Below are positions 16,318 to 25,403 of a stretch of DNA of 27,478 nucleotides, one piece after another (within the stretch, counting starts at the first letter, position 1; each line of letters begins with the position of its first letter). The position numbers and the translations under genes were made by a program. Under the pieces are notes generated by a model. It saw only the letters and a list, made by a program, of their open reading frames with translations, searched no databases and was not told where the DNA came from. Source of the stretch: a virus (taxonomy: Duplodnaviria > Caudoviricetes); the IMG/VR virus record IMGVR_UViG_3300032227_000313, positions 1 to 27,478 of that record; one strand, written 5' to 3'.

Positions 16318-19219
16318 CCCCCCGAAGCGCATTCCGTTCAAAGTTGGAGATGGTATCAACCCACTGCGGGTCAGCCTTCTGCACCGGCATCTGCATGGTG
16401 AACGCGCGCTGAGTGTGCGCCATGCTTTCGCCGGGCGGGCGCGTCTTCATAAAGTCGCGCCAAAACAAGTTGAACGGAATATCGACTTGCGACCCACCTT
16501 CGTATCCAAGCCCCTTCATTCCCACGGGGTAGGTTGTGTGGCCAGAGCTGACAGAAGGCGCTCCGGGGTCAACTTTGGCGACCGAAAACCCCGTCGAAAG
16601 ATTGGGGCTGTTAAGAAGTTCAGGCTGAGTTGCCGCATGGCGAATGGAGGCAACATCGGGGACGCCGAGAGTTTTCATTGCGGCGGTGTCCATTGCTTTG
16701 GCAATCGCAGAACGATAGCCGCCGCCCATCTTCCACATCAACTGATCCAAGTCGGGGTGCATGATGCCGGGCCAAGCACTGGCATAGGCAACCTTTTTGT
16801 CCATTGGCGCTTTGGACGGGAGGTTTTGAATGATTGACTTGCGAATTGCGTCATCAACCAATGCGGCTTCGGACTTTGAGAAGCCGCGCTGACGGGCAAG
16901 GTCCACAAGCGGGTTGGCGACCATGTGCGAAAAGTCAGCACCCTCAAGCCCCATCAGAACGTTTGCAAGATATACGTCTTTGTCACCGGCCAGCTTTTTG
17001 GCCTCGGCTGACGTTTCAATCATCCTGTCCACGATGGACTGGCCAGACGCGGCAACTTGTTTTTCAGGCTGAACATCGCCCCAATTCATGTAGAGGGGGC
17101 CGCCCTCCATCCTCTGCGGGTTGGTTAGCTTCTGCCCATTGATTTCTTCCAAGATGGCGCGGTCACCTCGGCTGCGATCCCAAGTGGCAGGCATGTAGAC
17201 GCCGCCCTCGGTGGCCGCCCAGTTCATTGGCTTTCGTGGGGTTATGGCCTCAGTTGGCGCGCTGAATACCGGGCGCATTTCCTCAATCGGGGTGACAAGC
17301 TTCGTGCCCGAGAGAGGGTGCTTGAAGGTTCCGGGCAACTTTGGCAGCTTTGCCGCTTCGGCGTCCTCCGGCGTCACGACGTTGGCCGTGATCCCAGCCG
17401 CAGTGGCTGCGGCGGGCTTGGCGTATTCCCTCGCGATCTCGACCGCGCGCCTGCCTGCGGCCCCCAGAGGGCCACGGGCGTAGAAGGCGGCGGGGAGCGC
17501 CGCACCCATCGCCGTGCTGGCATAGTCGCCCTGCCCAACGTCGCGCGCCATGTCGGCAAGCGTCAGGGGGATGCCGGTGACCATAGGCAAGTCAGCAACG
17601 CCGACGCCAAGCGTTCCGCTGTTGGGAAGGCCAGTACTCCCGACAAGCATGTCCGCAAGACCACGACGGAACTGGGCTCCGGGCTCGCGGGCTCCGCCAG
17701 CGATGGCTCCGCCGATCACGTCACGAGCGCCAAGCTCCAGCGGGCGAACAACGGCCTCGCCTTCCTGCACGGGGAAATTCTGGTAGTTCTGACGTGCGCG
17801 GTTCCACGCCTCGCCCATCTTCTCGGGGTCCATGACGGGCTGGTCACGACTGCCCTCCGGGTCGATGCTGGCAATGGTCGCACGCAGGCGCTGCTGCATG
17901 GTCGGCCCCACCGCCTCGCCGTCAGCGTGATGCTCGCGCACGACGTGGAGAGCGTCATCGACGAGGCCGCCCTCGGCGCGGCCAACAACTCGCACATAGT
18001 TCTGCGTCTCGGGGCGAAGGAAGTCCGTCCACGGCCTGCCGGTCGCCTGCGCCTGACGCAGCGCACCGGCAACGCGCCCCGGCCCGCCGTTGTAGGCCGC
18101 AGCGGCGAGGATGGGGTCTCCAAAGCGCGCAAGCTGCGCGTCGTAATAGGCGCGGCCAAGGGCGTGGTTGTACTCGGGATCAGTGCGCAGGCGCTCCAAG
18201 CTCCACGGCAGGCCAGCCAACTGGGCCGCCTCGGGGCCGGTCGAGGGCATGACCTGAGAGATGCCCAGCGCGCCTGCGGGCGACGTGATCGTGCGCCCGT
18301 CGCGGTCAAACTGGCGCCCGCCCGACTCCTGACGGAGCATGCGGTTCCAGACATTTGTCGCGCGCTCCACGTCGGAATTGGGGTCAACGCGGTTCGTCAG
18401 CTTGCCCGTCGCCGCATCAATCGCCGCCGAGGCGGGCGCAGGGGCGCTTGTGGGGCTGTAGGCGAGGGGCTGGGCGGCGGTACGACTACCCGGCATGCCC
18501 TGATTGATCATCATCGGCCCGGCGGCGCGATTGAGGCGCAGTGCCTCCTCGACCGGGATGCCAGCGTCTCGGGCGCGGTTGTGGGCCTGAAGAATCTCGC
18601 CAGCCCTGTCGTATTCATTGCCGGAGAAGACGCCAGCATTCTGAAAGTTTTCGACGTTGGCGAGGGCCTGATCGAAGCTGGGGATTACTTCCTGCGGCGC
18701 CATGACTTGGCGGGCAAGCGCGACGGCGGGAAGCTGGTAGTCGTTGATCCAACTAGAGCCGACCTCTGGCCGCATGTCGGCCCGTGGCATTTTTGTCTTC
18801 TCATCCAAGCTCTGCCCGAAGCCGGGCAACTCAGCCAAGTGGGTAAATTTGTCCTTGCCTATCTGATGCTCCGTGACCGCCTGCCCAAAGTCGTAGGGGC
18901 CAATGGATGGGAGTGCGGGGCTGGGAGCGGGCGCCGGTGGCGCTGCGGCGATCTGCGGGCGGGGTTCAGCCTCGGCGACGGGCCTGCGGGGCGGGAGCGG
19001 CGCAACAACGTCGGGCGCCCTCTCAGCCGCCATGCGGGCCTTGTCGGCGCGGAAGAAGTCGGCGGCGCTGTCGGGGTTGCCCCAGTTCGTCGGGGACGCC
19101 ACCTCGCCGGTGGACTGGTAGTCTGGGCCAGAGAACATGCCGCGAATGCTGTCGAGGAAACCGCCCTCGTCGAAGTGCTGGCGGGCTGCGTGGAGGGCTC
19201 TGGCGACTACATCGTCCAT
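16301..19219 (-). CDS. Large virion (ejection/internal core-like) protein with an SLT lytic transglycosylase domain
   Basis: MLRQESGG...SPAGALGISQVMPST...NHALGRAYY..QLARFG...AAAAYNGGPGRV...ETQNYV at about 17985-18350; directly follows the portal gene. Confidence 0.82.
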   Translation of the reverse strand: MDDVVARALHAARQHFDEGGFLDSIRGMFSGPDYQSTGEVASPTNWGNPDSAADFFRADKARMAAERAPDVVAPLPPRRPVAEAEPRPQIAAAPPAPAPSPALPSIGPYDFGQAVTEHQIGKDKFTHLAELPGFGQSLDEKTKMPRADMRPEVGSSWINDYQLPAVALARQVMAPQEVIPSFDQALANVENFQNAGVFSGNEYDRAGEILQAHNRARDAGIPVEEALRLNRAAGPMMINQGMPGSRTAAQPLAYSPTSAPAPASAAIDAATGKLTNRVDPNSDVERATNVWNRMLRQESGGRQFDRDGRTITSPAGALGISQVMPSTGPEAAQLAGLPWSLERLRTDPEYNHALGRAYYDAQLARFGDPILAAAAYNGGPGRVAGALRQAQATGRPWTDFLRPETQNYVRVVGRAEGGLVDDALHVVREHHADGEAVGPTMQQRLRATIASIDPEGSRDQPVMDPEKMGEAWNRARQNYQNFPVQEGEAVVRPLELGARDVIGGAIAGGAREPGAQFRRGLADMLVGSTGLPNSGTLGVGVADLPMVTGIPLTLADMARDVGQGDYASTAMGAALPAAFYARGPLGAAGRRAVEIAREYAKPAAATAAGITANVVTPEDAEAAKLPKLPGTFKHPLSGTKLVTPIEEMRPVFSAPTEAITPRKPMNWAATEGGVYMPATWDRSRGDRAILEEINGQKLTNPQRMEGGPLYMNWGDVQPEKQVAASGQSIVDRMIETSAEAKKLAGDKDVYLANVLMGLEGADFSHMVANPLVDLARQRGFSKSEAALVDDAIRKSIIQNLPSKAPMDKKVAYASAWPGIMHPDLDQLMWKMGGGYRSAIAKAMDTAAMKTLGVPDVASIRHAATQPELLNSPNLSTGFSVAKVDPGAPSVSSGHTTYPVGMKGLGYEGGSQVDIPFNLFWRDFMKTRPPGESMAHTQRAFTMQMPVQKADPQWVDTISNFERNALRGAIPLE

Positions 19220-19220
19220 C

Positions 19221-21539
19221 TCACTGCTCCGTCGTCAGGGGCTGCTCGTTGCTCTCAAGGCGCTCAAGCATGTCCTGCGGGATGATGCTCTGCACAATCG
19301 GGATGCCCGCCGGGTTGGCCGCCAAGTCCTCGGCCAGCCTCACCGCAGCCAGACGTTCGCGGCTCTCGCGGTCGCGCTTGCGGTTGATCGCGTCCATCAT
19401 CGAGTCCTGCTGCTTCTCCTGAAGCTCCTGCTTCTTCAACTCAATGTCGGCCATCTTCAACTGGTCGGCAATCGTCGGACCCTGATCGCCACCGGCCAGA
19501 CCTCCCTCGCTCTGTGCCTTGATCGCAACTTCCTGCGCCTTGATGTCAACCATCGCCGTCTTGGCGTCGGCCTCCTGCTTCTTGATCTGCACCATCGCCT
19601 GAGCATACTGAACTTCTGGCGGGGGCTTCGCGGACAAGGACGAGGGCGGCACCATGAACTGCTGCGGGTTGCTCCAGCCCATCGCCTGCAAGGCCGCAGT
19701 GTCAATCGCAATCGGGTCGTAGAGCGACGGGTTACCCTGCTGCAACTGCTTCAGGCCCATGATCTTCATCATGCGCTGAGAGTGCGAGGCCGTGTTCGGG
19801 TCGGCCTGCGGGACAAGCTCATGGTTGTCCAGCGCCGTAAGAAACGTCTGCTCGTCCCACGGGTAGGCTGGCGTCTTGTTGCGCTGCCAGAAGCTCTCGG
19901 GGTTCTCCTGAAAGCACCGCACCAGCAACTGAAATTCCTGCGCCTGCGCCGAGTGCATGCGCTTGTGGACGGCGTTCATGACCTTCGTGGCCTGATCAAT
20001 CATCGCCAACGTCGTGCCGACCGGCGCGTCCGCCCGGCCCTCGCCGACTTGCATCTCGCTCGTCCCGCCAACCCTCATGCCCGTCTCGGCCATGTTGTTG
20101 ACAAGGTTCATCAGCGCCGGGCCGGGCTCCTTGTAGGGCAGCGGCATGATCGCCTGATTGATCGGCATCCCGCCCGTCTTCACCAGCGCCCCGCCGCCCG
20201 GGGGCACACGGAAGATGTTGGTGTTTTGCCTCGCGCCCGTGTCGGCCATCAGGAAGCCGGGGAAGTTGGCGTACATTCCCGCGTCCAGCATTTCGCGCCA
20301 TGCAGCAGTAATCGCGTTTGTGGTGTTGCCGAGGATGTGGAGCAGGCCAATGTCGTAGAAGCCAAGGCCGGGGACGAACGTGTACTTGACGAAGTTCGTC
20401 CTCGCCTCGGGCAACTCAGCCTCGTCCTCGTCGTAGTTGCGGACGATGGACAGGATCTCGCGGGACGACAGGTCGATGGTCACCCGGTATGGGATCTCAA
20501 GGCCGGTCTCCTTGCCCTTGTACTTGTGTTCGAAGCCGGGAATGTCCAACTCGCAGTAGCACTCGTAGATTTCGCGGTCTCGGTCCTCGGGGCGGTAGGT
20601 TCCCGGCGAGATGCCCTGCACCGCGCGCTCCTCGCGCTGGGCGGCGTCAAGGTCTTGCTCCTTGGCCATCGGCAGATCAACGTCGCGGTAGACGCCAAGG
20701 ATCTGGAGGCGCTTGACTGTGGACGCGCGCATCATGCTGCGGTGCGTGATCCGCTTGGCATTGCGCAAGTCGGTCGCGGCGTTGTTGACGATCAGGTCGT
20801 CGGCGTCAACGCTCTCGGACACCGGGCGCCCGCGCAGGGGGCAGAAATAGACCTTCTTGAACGACGTACCGCCGAAGCCCAGCATCAGCAGCATGCGGTC
20901 GGTGTCGGGGTAATACTCAGACGCCGTCGCCGTCAGGTAATGGTTCAGGTCGCGCTCAAGGGCGTCAGCCGTGCGGTCCTCGGCCAGCGTGGCGTTGTTG
21001 TTGTCGTCGCGGATCTTCACCGGCCCGTCGGTGGGCAGAAGCTCAGAGCGGGCGTTGGCCTGAAAGCGCAACACCGCCTCCAACAGCAGCGGGTGGCGCA
21101 CGCGGCTCATGCCCTCAATCGGGGCGCCGTCAGGGCTGCCGCCGGACACGCCGGGGATCTCGATCTTCAGGCCCAGCAGCTTGATGCCCTGCGCCCTGCC
21201 CTCGATCCACTCGCGGCGGCTCTCAATGTCGTCCTCAATGCCCCGCAGCAGATCGTCGGCGATGGAACCCAACGAGCCCGCGTCGATGTCATCGACAAGG
21301 TTGCCGAACCACGCGCCGCCCCTCTTCTTCCCGGGCTGATCGACAAGGCTCTTGCCGTCCATGCTGATCGAGATTGACCCGTCCTCATGCTCGATGCGTA
21401 GGATCGGGTCTTCAGCGGTCACGTCAGGCGCCGGGGCGTCGTCGGCCTCGATCACAACCTCGGGCATCGGGATCGACGCCTGCGGAAGGCCGGGCAGCCG
21501 GATGTTCGGGTTAACGAGGCCGGGAAGCGGCATGATCAC
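19221..21539 (-). CDS. Portal protein (P22-like)
   Basis: 772 aa after TerL; DIESRREW, HPLLLEAVLRFQA.A.SELLP.DGPVK, GTSFKKVY, FYDIGLLH, APVGTTLA, AVHKRMH.AQ..EF, VPQADPN; C-terminal coiled coil. Confidence 0.9.
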   Translation of the reverse strand: MIMPLPGLVNPNIRLPGLPQASIPMPEVVIEADDAPAPDVTAEDPILRIEHEDGSISISMDGKSLVDQPGKKRGGAWFGNLVDDIDAGSLGSIADDLLRGIEDDIESRREWIEGRAQGIKLLGLKIEIPGVSGGSPDGAPIEGMSRVRHPLLLEAVLRFQANARSELLPTDGPVKIRDDNNNATLAEDRTADALERDLNHYLTATASEYYPDTDRMLLMLGFGGTSFKKVYFCPLRGRPVSESVDADDLIVNNAATDLRNAKRITHRSMMRASTVKRLQILGVYRDVDLPMAKEQDLDAAQREERAVQGISPGTYRPEDRDREIYECYCELDIPGFEHKYKGKETGLEIPYRVTIDLSSREILSIVRNYDEDEAELPEARTNFVKYTFVPGLGFYDIGLLHILGNTTNAITAAWREMLDAGMYANFPGFLMADTGARQNTNIFRVPPGGGALVKTGGMPINQAIMPLPYKEPGPALMNLVNNMAETGMRVGGTSEMQVGEGRADAPVGTTLAMIDQATKVMNAVHKRMHSAQAQEFQLLVRCFQENPESFWQRNKTPAYPWDEQTFLTALDNHELVPQADPNTASHSQRMMKIMGLKQLQQGNPSLYDPIAIDTAALQAMGWSNPQQFMVPPSSLSAKPPPEVQYAQAMVQIKKQEADAKTAMVDIKAQEVAIKAQSEGGLAGGDQGPTIADQLKMADIELKKQELQEKQQDSMMDAINRKRDRESRERLAAVRLAEDLAANPAGIPIVQSIIPQDMLERLESNEQPLTTEQ

Positions 21540-21742
21540 GTTCCTTCGACTGGCAGCTTTTCCATTTCCTCAACGAAACGGGCGATACCTTGCTGCGCCG
21601 CGATTGTATCCGACTTCGCCATGATTTCATAGACGCGGACGTAATCGTAAGGCTCCTTGCCCCAAACCTCGACGCGGAAGTTGCCGATTGAGATGGGCGT
21701 TGACGGCTTGATTACGTCCACGACTGCGCTTGCTAGGATCAT
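21536..21742 (-). CDS. Hypothetical protein (68 aa)
   Basis: Fills the TerL-portal gap; GAGG RBS; overlaps the portal start. Confidence 0.7.
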   Translation of the reverse strand: MILASAVVDVIKPSTPISIGNFRVEVWGKEPYDYVRVYEIMAKSDTIAAQQGIARFVEEMEKLPVEGT

Positions 21743-21750
21743 GTTGTGCC

Positions 21751-23433
21751 TCAGACTGGGTAGAGTGGTGACGGGGCTTTGCCGACGTGGCGGCGCCCGG
21801 CGTCGATCTCAGCTATACGTTCAGGCGCCCGAACCAGCAAGCCCGTCTCGCGGAGGTGGCGCAGCGCCATGCTGACGGTGTCCACCAGATCGTCGTGCTT
21901 GCCCTTCGGGAACGTCTCGCACTGCTTGATGACGAGGTCGGCCCAGCTTCGGTCGGGCGCGTAGATCATGCCCTCGGAGAACAGGTGCTGGATCGAGTAG
22001 ACGCGGGCGAGCTTGTCGAGCGACCCGGGGTTGATCAGTTGGACGGCCCAGTCCTCGCCCCCGTACAGGCGGCGAAGCTCCTGCGCGACGGACAGGCCGG
22101 ACGCCTTGCTCTCGACGAGCAGCTTGTCCACCTTGTACTTGCGGCACGTCTTGGCGACCTTGGCGACGAGGTCGGACAGTTCTAGCCGCTCCTGCCACGC
22201 GCCCATCATGATCACGCGCGGCACGCTCTCGGGGTTGTAGTCAAGCATGTCGCGGATGCGGACGCCCTCGTCGAACTTCGCCGCCTCGTCGGAGTTGATG
22301 CGGAACTTGCCCCGGCTGCTGACGTAGTTCTCGGCGCGCATGGTGGAGTAGTCGCCTGAGAAGACGCCCCAGACCGTCATGGCGCTGAAGTCGTTCTCGG
22401 TCTTGGTCGTGTAGGCGGTGTCGATGCTGGCGACGACGTAGTCGATTGGAGGCCAGCCCTCCTCCATCCACGTCTCCCACCACTGCGCCTTGATGACGCC
22501 GCCGCCTCGGGGCGTGGGCTCCTGCTGGAACTGGCCAGCGGTCGCGTATGGCCCCATCACCCTGCTGTCGCGTTCGACGACCTCTTGCGGGAAGCGGGCG
22601 GGGAACAGAAGCTCGCCGTCGGTCTGGCGCGGGTCTTCGATGCCCAGTTGCGTGGGCCGGGCGCGGATGGGGTCGAACTCCATCGGGAGCATGATGTGGT
22701 CGTAGCCGAGGCGCTTGTCGAGGATCGTGCCGGACACGTCGGCCTCATGCAGGCGCTGCATCACGACGACGATGGCCGAACTGTCCGGGTTGTTGAGGCG
22801 CGTTGGGACGGCCTCAAGGAACCACTGGACGGTGGACTCGCGCTGGGCGTCGGAGTTCGCGCCATCGACGCTGTGCGGGTCGTCGATGATGACACGGTCG
22901 CCACGGGCGCCGGTGATCGACCCGGCGGCGGCGGCCTGACGGAATCCTGTCGCCTCGTTCTCGAACTTCGTCTTCTGGTTCTGGTCGCCGGTCAGGACGA
23001 CGCGGTCGCCCCACCGCTTTTGATACCAGTCGGACGTGATCAGGCGCCTCATGCGCAAGCCGTCGCGGATGGCGAGGTCGAGGCTGTGGCTGGCGCAGAC
23101 GTAGCGAAGGTGGGGCATGTTTCGCGGCCCCCACTCCCACGCTGGCCAGAAGACGCCGATCAGCAGGGACTTCATCGTGCCCGGCGGGACGTTGACGAGC
23201 AGGCGGTTGTAGAGCGACCCGTCATCGAGTTCGACGCCGTCTGTGATCGCCTCAAGGTGGGCGCAGATGAAGTCGATGTGCCAGCCGTGCATATACTTCT
23301 GGCCGGGCTCGATGATGTGCCACGCCTGCCGCACGAAGTCAGCGAGGCTTTCCTCTGCGTCAGCCTTGTCGATCTCGTACAACTGGGCGTCGATGTCGAT
23401 TGTCTGGCCGCCGACCCGGATGAAGCGTGTCAT
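21751..23433 (-). CDS. terL: Terminase large subunit
   Basis: LLVNVPPGTMKS (Walker A), TGARGDRVIIDDPH (Walker B), VVMQRLHE.D, QFQQEP, ASIDTAYT, VESKASG, FP.GKHDDLVD nuclease motifs. Confidence 0.95.
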   Translation of the reverse strand: MTRFIRVGGQTIDIDAQLYEIDKADAEESLADFVRQAWHIIEPGQKYMHGWHIDFICAHLEAITDGVELDDGSLYNRLLVNVPPGTMKSLLIGVFWPAWEWGPRNMPHLRYVCASHSLDLAIRDGLRMRRLITSDWYQKRWGDRVVLTGDQNQKTKFENEATGFRQAAAAGSITGARGDRVIIDDPHSVDGANSDAQRESTVQWFLEAVPTRLNNPDSSAIVVVMQRLHEADVSGTILDKRLGYDHIMLPMEFDPIRARPTQLGIEDPRQTDGELLFPARFPQEVVERDSRVMGPYATAGQFQQEPTPRGGGVIKAQWWETWMEEGWPPIDYVVASIDTAYTTKTENDFSAMTVWGVFSGDYSTMRAENYVSSRGKFRINSDEAAKFDEGVRIRDMLDYNPESVPRVIMMGAWQERLELSDLVAKVAKTCRKYKVDKLLVESKASGLSVAQELRRLYGGEDWAVQLINPGSLDKLARVYSIQHLFSEGMIYAPDRSWADLVIKQCETFPKGKHDDLVDTVSMALRHLRETGLLVRAPERIAEIDAGRRHVGKAPSPLYPV

Positions 23434-23657
23434 CAATACGTCCCGTCGCCGACCTGATCGACGAGGTAATGCTCACCGGTCTCGGCGTCGATCAGTTCGT
23501 ACAGGACCATGCCCTTGTCGTGGTGGAACATGGCGCTGTAGATCAGGTCGCCGTCGGGCGCCTCGTAGCAGTAGCCGTCGCGGTTATCAAGTTCGGAGCG
23601 GCGGAGCCAGCCAAACGTGTGGTGGAAGCCGCAGCGGACGATCTTTGGCAGGCTCAC
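23433..23657 (-). CDS. Hypothetical protein (74 aa)
   Basis: GTG start overlapping the upstream stop (GTGA) with GGAG RBS; its stop overlaps the TerL ATG. Confidence 0.65.
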   Translation of the reverse strand: MSLPKIVRCGFHHTFGWLRRSELDNRDGYCYEAPDGDLIYSAMFHHDKGMVLYELIDAETGEHYLVDQVGDGTY

Positions 23658-23842
23658 AGGCTTCTCCCCATTGTGATGTTGGACTGCGCCCGGATGTCCT
23701 GATTGCGCCACGACCAGCACTCGCCGTCTGATTGGAATACGACCCACACGAGGTCATGCTCCGCGCCGTAGTCGATCAGCACCTGAGCTAGGCCCGGCCC
23801 CTTGGGCGTCGTGACCGGGATCGGCGGATTTAATTGGATCAT
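23654..23842 (-). CDS. Conserved small phage protein (62 aa)
   Basis: MIQLNPPIPVTTPKGPG.A..LIDYG.EHDL.WVVF...GECW.W.N.DIR...NITMGR; coupled on both sides. Confidence 0.75.
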   Translation of the reverse strand: MIQLNPPIPVTTPKGPGLAQVLIDYGAEHDLVWVVFQSDGECWSWRNQDIRAQSNITMGRSL

Positions 23843-24015
23843 GATTTTTCTGACTCCAAAGACGTATTATCGGGTAAATTTGGGGCGCTCGTTTTTCTTA
23901 ATTGGTCAGCGATGGCCGCCATGCGCTGACGCTTTAAGAACTGCAAGTAAGCCACTTGCTGGACAGGTGTGCAAAGCTTTCCGCCCTTGCTTAAGTTCGG
24001 TGGACGTTTTGCCAT
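23839..24015 (-). CDS. Hypothetical protein (58 aa); missing from the ORF track
   Basis: MAKRPPNLSKGGKLCTPVQQVAYLQFLKRQRMAAIADQLRKTSAPNLPDNTSLESEKS; TAATG overlap with the TerS stop and ATGA overlap with the next gene; lower GC. Confidence 0.6.
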   Translation of the reverse strand: MAKRPPNLSKGGKLCTPVQQVAYLQFLKRQRMAAIADQLRKTSAPNLPDNTSLESEKS

Positions 24016-24545
24016 TATGCATCACCTTCATTTTCATCGTGTTCGATAATCTTGCCCGCCGCCAGCAAGGCCCGGCGCAGCGCGTCACGGCCCTCTGCAT
24101 CGAGCGTCTTGACATCAATCGTCGTCGAGTGCGTCACGTTGAGCGTGGCGTTCCCGGTGACCTCAGTGTTGACGCGCGGCCCGTAAATGCGCGGCGCCAT
24201 CTTCTCGGCCCGCCACTGCGCCACGCTGATCTTCACCTTCTGGCTGTTGACGTTCAGTTCGGTCGTGTCGTCGGCCATCTGCTCGATGCGGTCAACGAGG
24301 TAGTCGGCCAAACCCTCGCGCGCACGCGCGCACCCTGTGTCGAAATCGGGGTGAGCCGCACGCCAACGATACAACGTCGCCCGCGATGGCATCGTCGGAT
24401 CGGAGCAGATTTGCACGAAACTTTCCCCGTTGATCATGCGTTCGCAGATGATCTCGGCGATGTCGTCGCTGTACGTTGACGGGCGCCCGACCGGGCGTGG
24501 CGACTCGGTCGGGATGTTCTTCGTGGGGATTGGCTTGCGAACCAT
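24015..24545 (-). CDS. terS: Terminase small subunit (Sf6 gp1-like)
   Basis: GRPSTYS..IAE.IC.R...GES...IC.D..MPSRAT.YRW...F......AR...AD...QWRAEKMAPRIYG. Confidence 0.9.
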   Translation of the reverse strand: MVRKPIPTKNIPTESPRPVGRPSTYSDDIAEIICERMINGESFVQICSDPTMPSRATLYRWRAAHPDFDTGCARAREGLADYLVDRIEQMADDTTELNVNSQKVKISVAQWRAEKMAPRIYGPRVNTEVTGNATLNVTHSTTIDVKTLDAEGRDALRRALLAAGKIIEHDENEGDA

Positions 24546-24823
24546 TACAGCACGACCTCGACAGTCGTAGCGAATTGACCAAGCGGCGTCTTGTCGAAGC
24601 CTTCGATGGCGGACATGTACAGGTCGAAGATTTCCTGCTGCTCTTGGCGCTGGTGCGCGGGCTTCCTGCGCTCGGCGATGACTTTCTTCAGGACTTTGGT
24701 GTCAAACCCGTTGCCTTTGGCCTCTTTGTAGACTTCGGAGATGTCCAGTGCGAGCATGGCCTTTTCGTCTTCAAGGCGCTCGATACGTTCGACTATGCTG
24801 GAGATTTGGTTGTTGGTAATCAT
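24545..24823 (-). CDS. gapR: GapR-like (DUF2312) nucleoid-associated DNA-binding protein
   Basis: SIVERIERLEDEK..LA.DISEVYKEAKGNGFDTKVLKKVI..R...QEQQEIFDLY; AAGGGG RBS gives the start at 24823. Confidence 0.88.
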   Translation of the reverse strand: MITNNQISSIVERIERLEDEKAMLALDISEVYKEAKGNGFDTKVLKKVIAERRKPAHQRQEQQEIFDLYMSAIEGFDKTPLGQFATTVEVVL

Positions 24824-24922
24824 GTCATTCCCCTTGGTTTCGATGACGCGAAGAGTGTCTCGCAATTAATTGGTTCGGTCAATCGCGCGTATTTCGAGGC
24901 AACGCATTTTTTTTGAAAAAAG

Positions 24923-24931
24923 TTATCCACA
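24923..24931 (+). promoter_or_regulatory. Perfect DnaA box (TTATCCACA)
   Basis: Exact consensus 9-mer at the divergence point, next to a T8-G-A6 tract; function unproven. Confidence 0.4.
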
Positions 24932-24946
24932 AGCGGCTCAATGGGG

Positions 24947-25017
24947 TTTACATGCGAAATTTATTCGCGTACAAGAGGGACATGGTTGCTTCTAACCACA
25001 TGGAGATAGACATGACC
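24947..25017 (+). promoter_or_regulatory. Early promoter/operator/RBS cassette, copy 1
   Basis: TTTACA-N17-TACAAG; GCGAA-N5-TTCGC palindrome in the spacer; ATGGAGATAGACATGACC. Confidence 0.7.
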
Positions 25018-25290
25018 TTCAACTTCTTCACCCTCGGCGAGTTCACCCCCTCCCTCACCTTCGGCGCCACGGGCGACGGCATATGGGACGCCATTTGCGA
25101 AGCCATCGTCGATCACGTCCTCGGCGCCGACCCCTACAGCGAGACCGCTGCACGCGATCTGGTCGAGATCGTCGCCATGCAGACCGCTGACGAGTCTGAG
25201 TATACCGAGGCGGTGTTCGTGCAGGGCAAACTGGTCGGCTCGATGGACGCCCCCTTTTGGTCGAACCCCAGCCAATACGTCCGCATCTAA
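25012..25290 (+). CDS. Small acidic early protein (92 aa)
   Basis: Start set by the GGAG RBS shared with the next gene; phage-like codon usage. Confidence 0.75.
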   Translation: MTFNFFTLGEFTPSLTFGATGDGIWDAICEAIVDHVLGADPYSETAARDLVEIVAMQTADESEYTEAVFVQGKLVGSMDAPFWSNPSQYVRI

Positions 25291-25326
25291 AAAAGACGGG
25301 GTGGCGAATTATTTTCTCCACCCCCC

Positions 25327-25403
25327 TTTACAAGCGAATTTTCTTCGTGCTACAAGATAACCACGGTCGCTGATGACCGCACCTTATGGAGATCGACATG
25401 ACC
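25327..25403 (+). promoter_or_regulatory. Early promoter/operator/RBS cassette, copy 2
   Basis: TTTACA-N18-TACAAG; GCGAA-N5-TTCGT; ATGGAGATCGACATGACC. Confidence 0.7.

Noticed and set aside
22215-22360. Roughly 40-residue insertion in the TerL nuclease domain as an intein
   Set aside because: Too short and lacks intein terminal residues (Cys/Ser start, His-Asn end); probably a variable loop.
14679-23457. Long plus-strand ORFs (14679..16082, 17318..19285, 19137..21377, 22585..23457; also 10858..11829)
   Set aside because: Antisense shadows of high-GC genes with clear products on the minus strand; no motifs or RBS.
23977-23997. LSKGGKL in the 58-aa ORF as part of the GG motif system
   Set aside because: Single occurrence outside the head module; could be chance.
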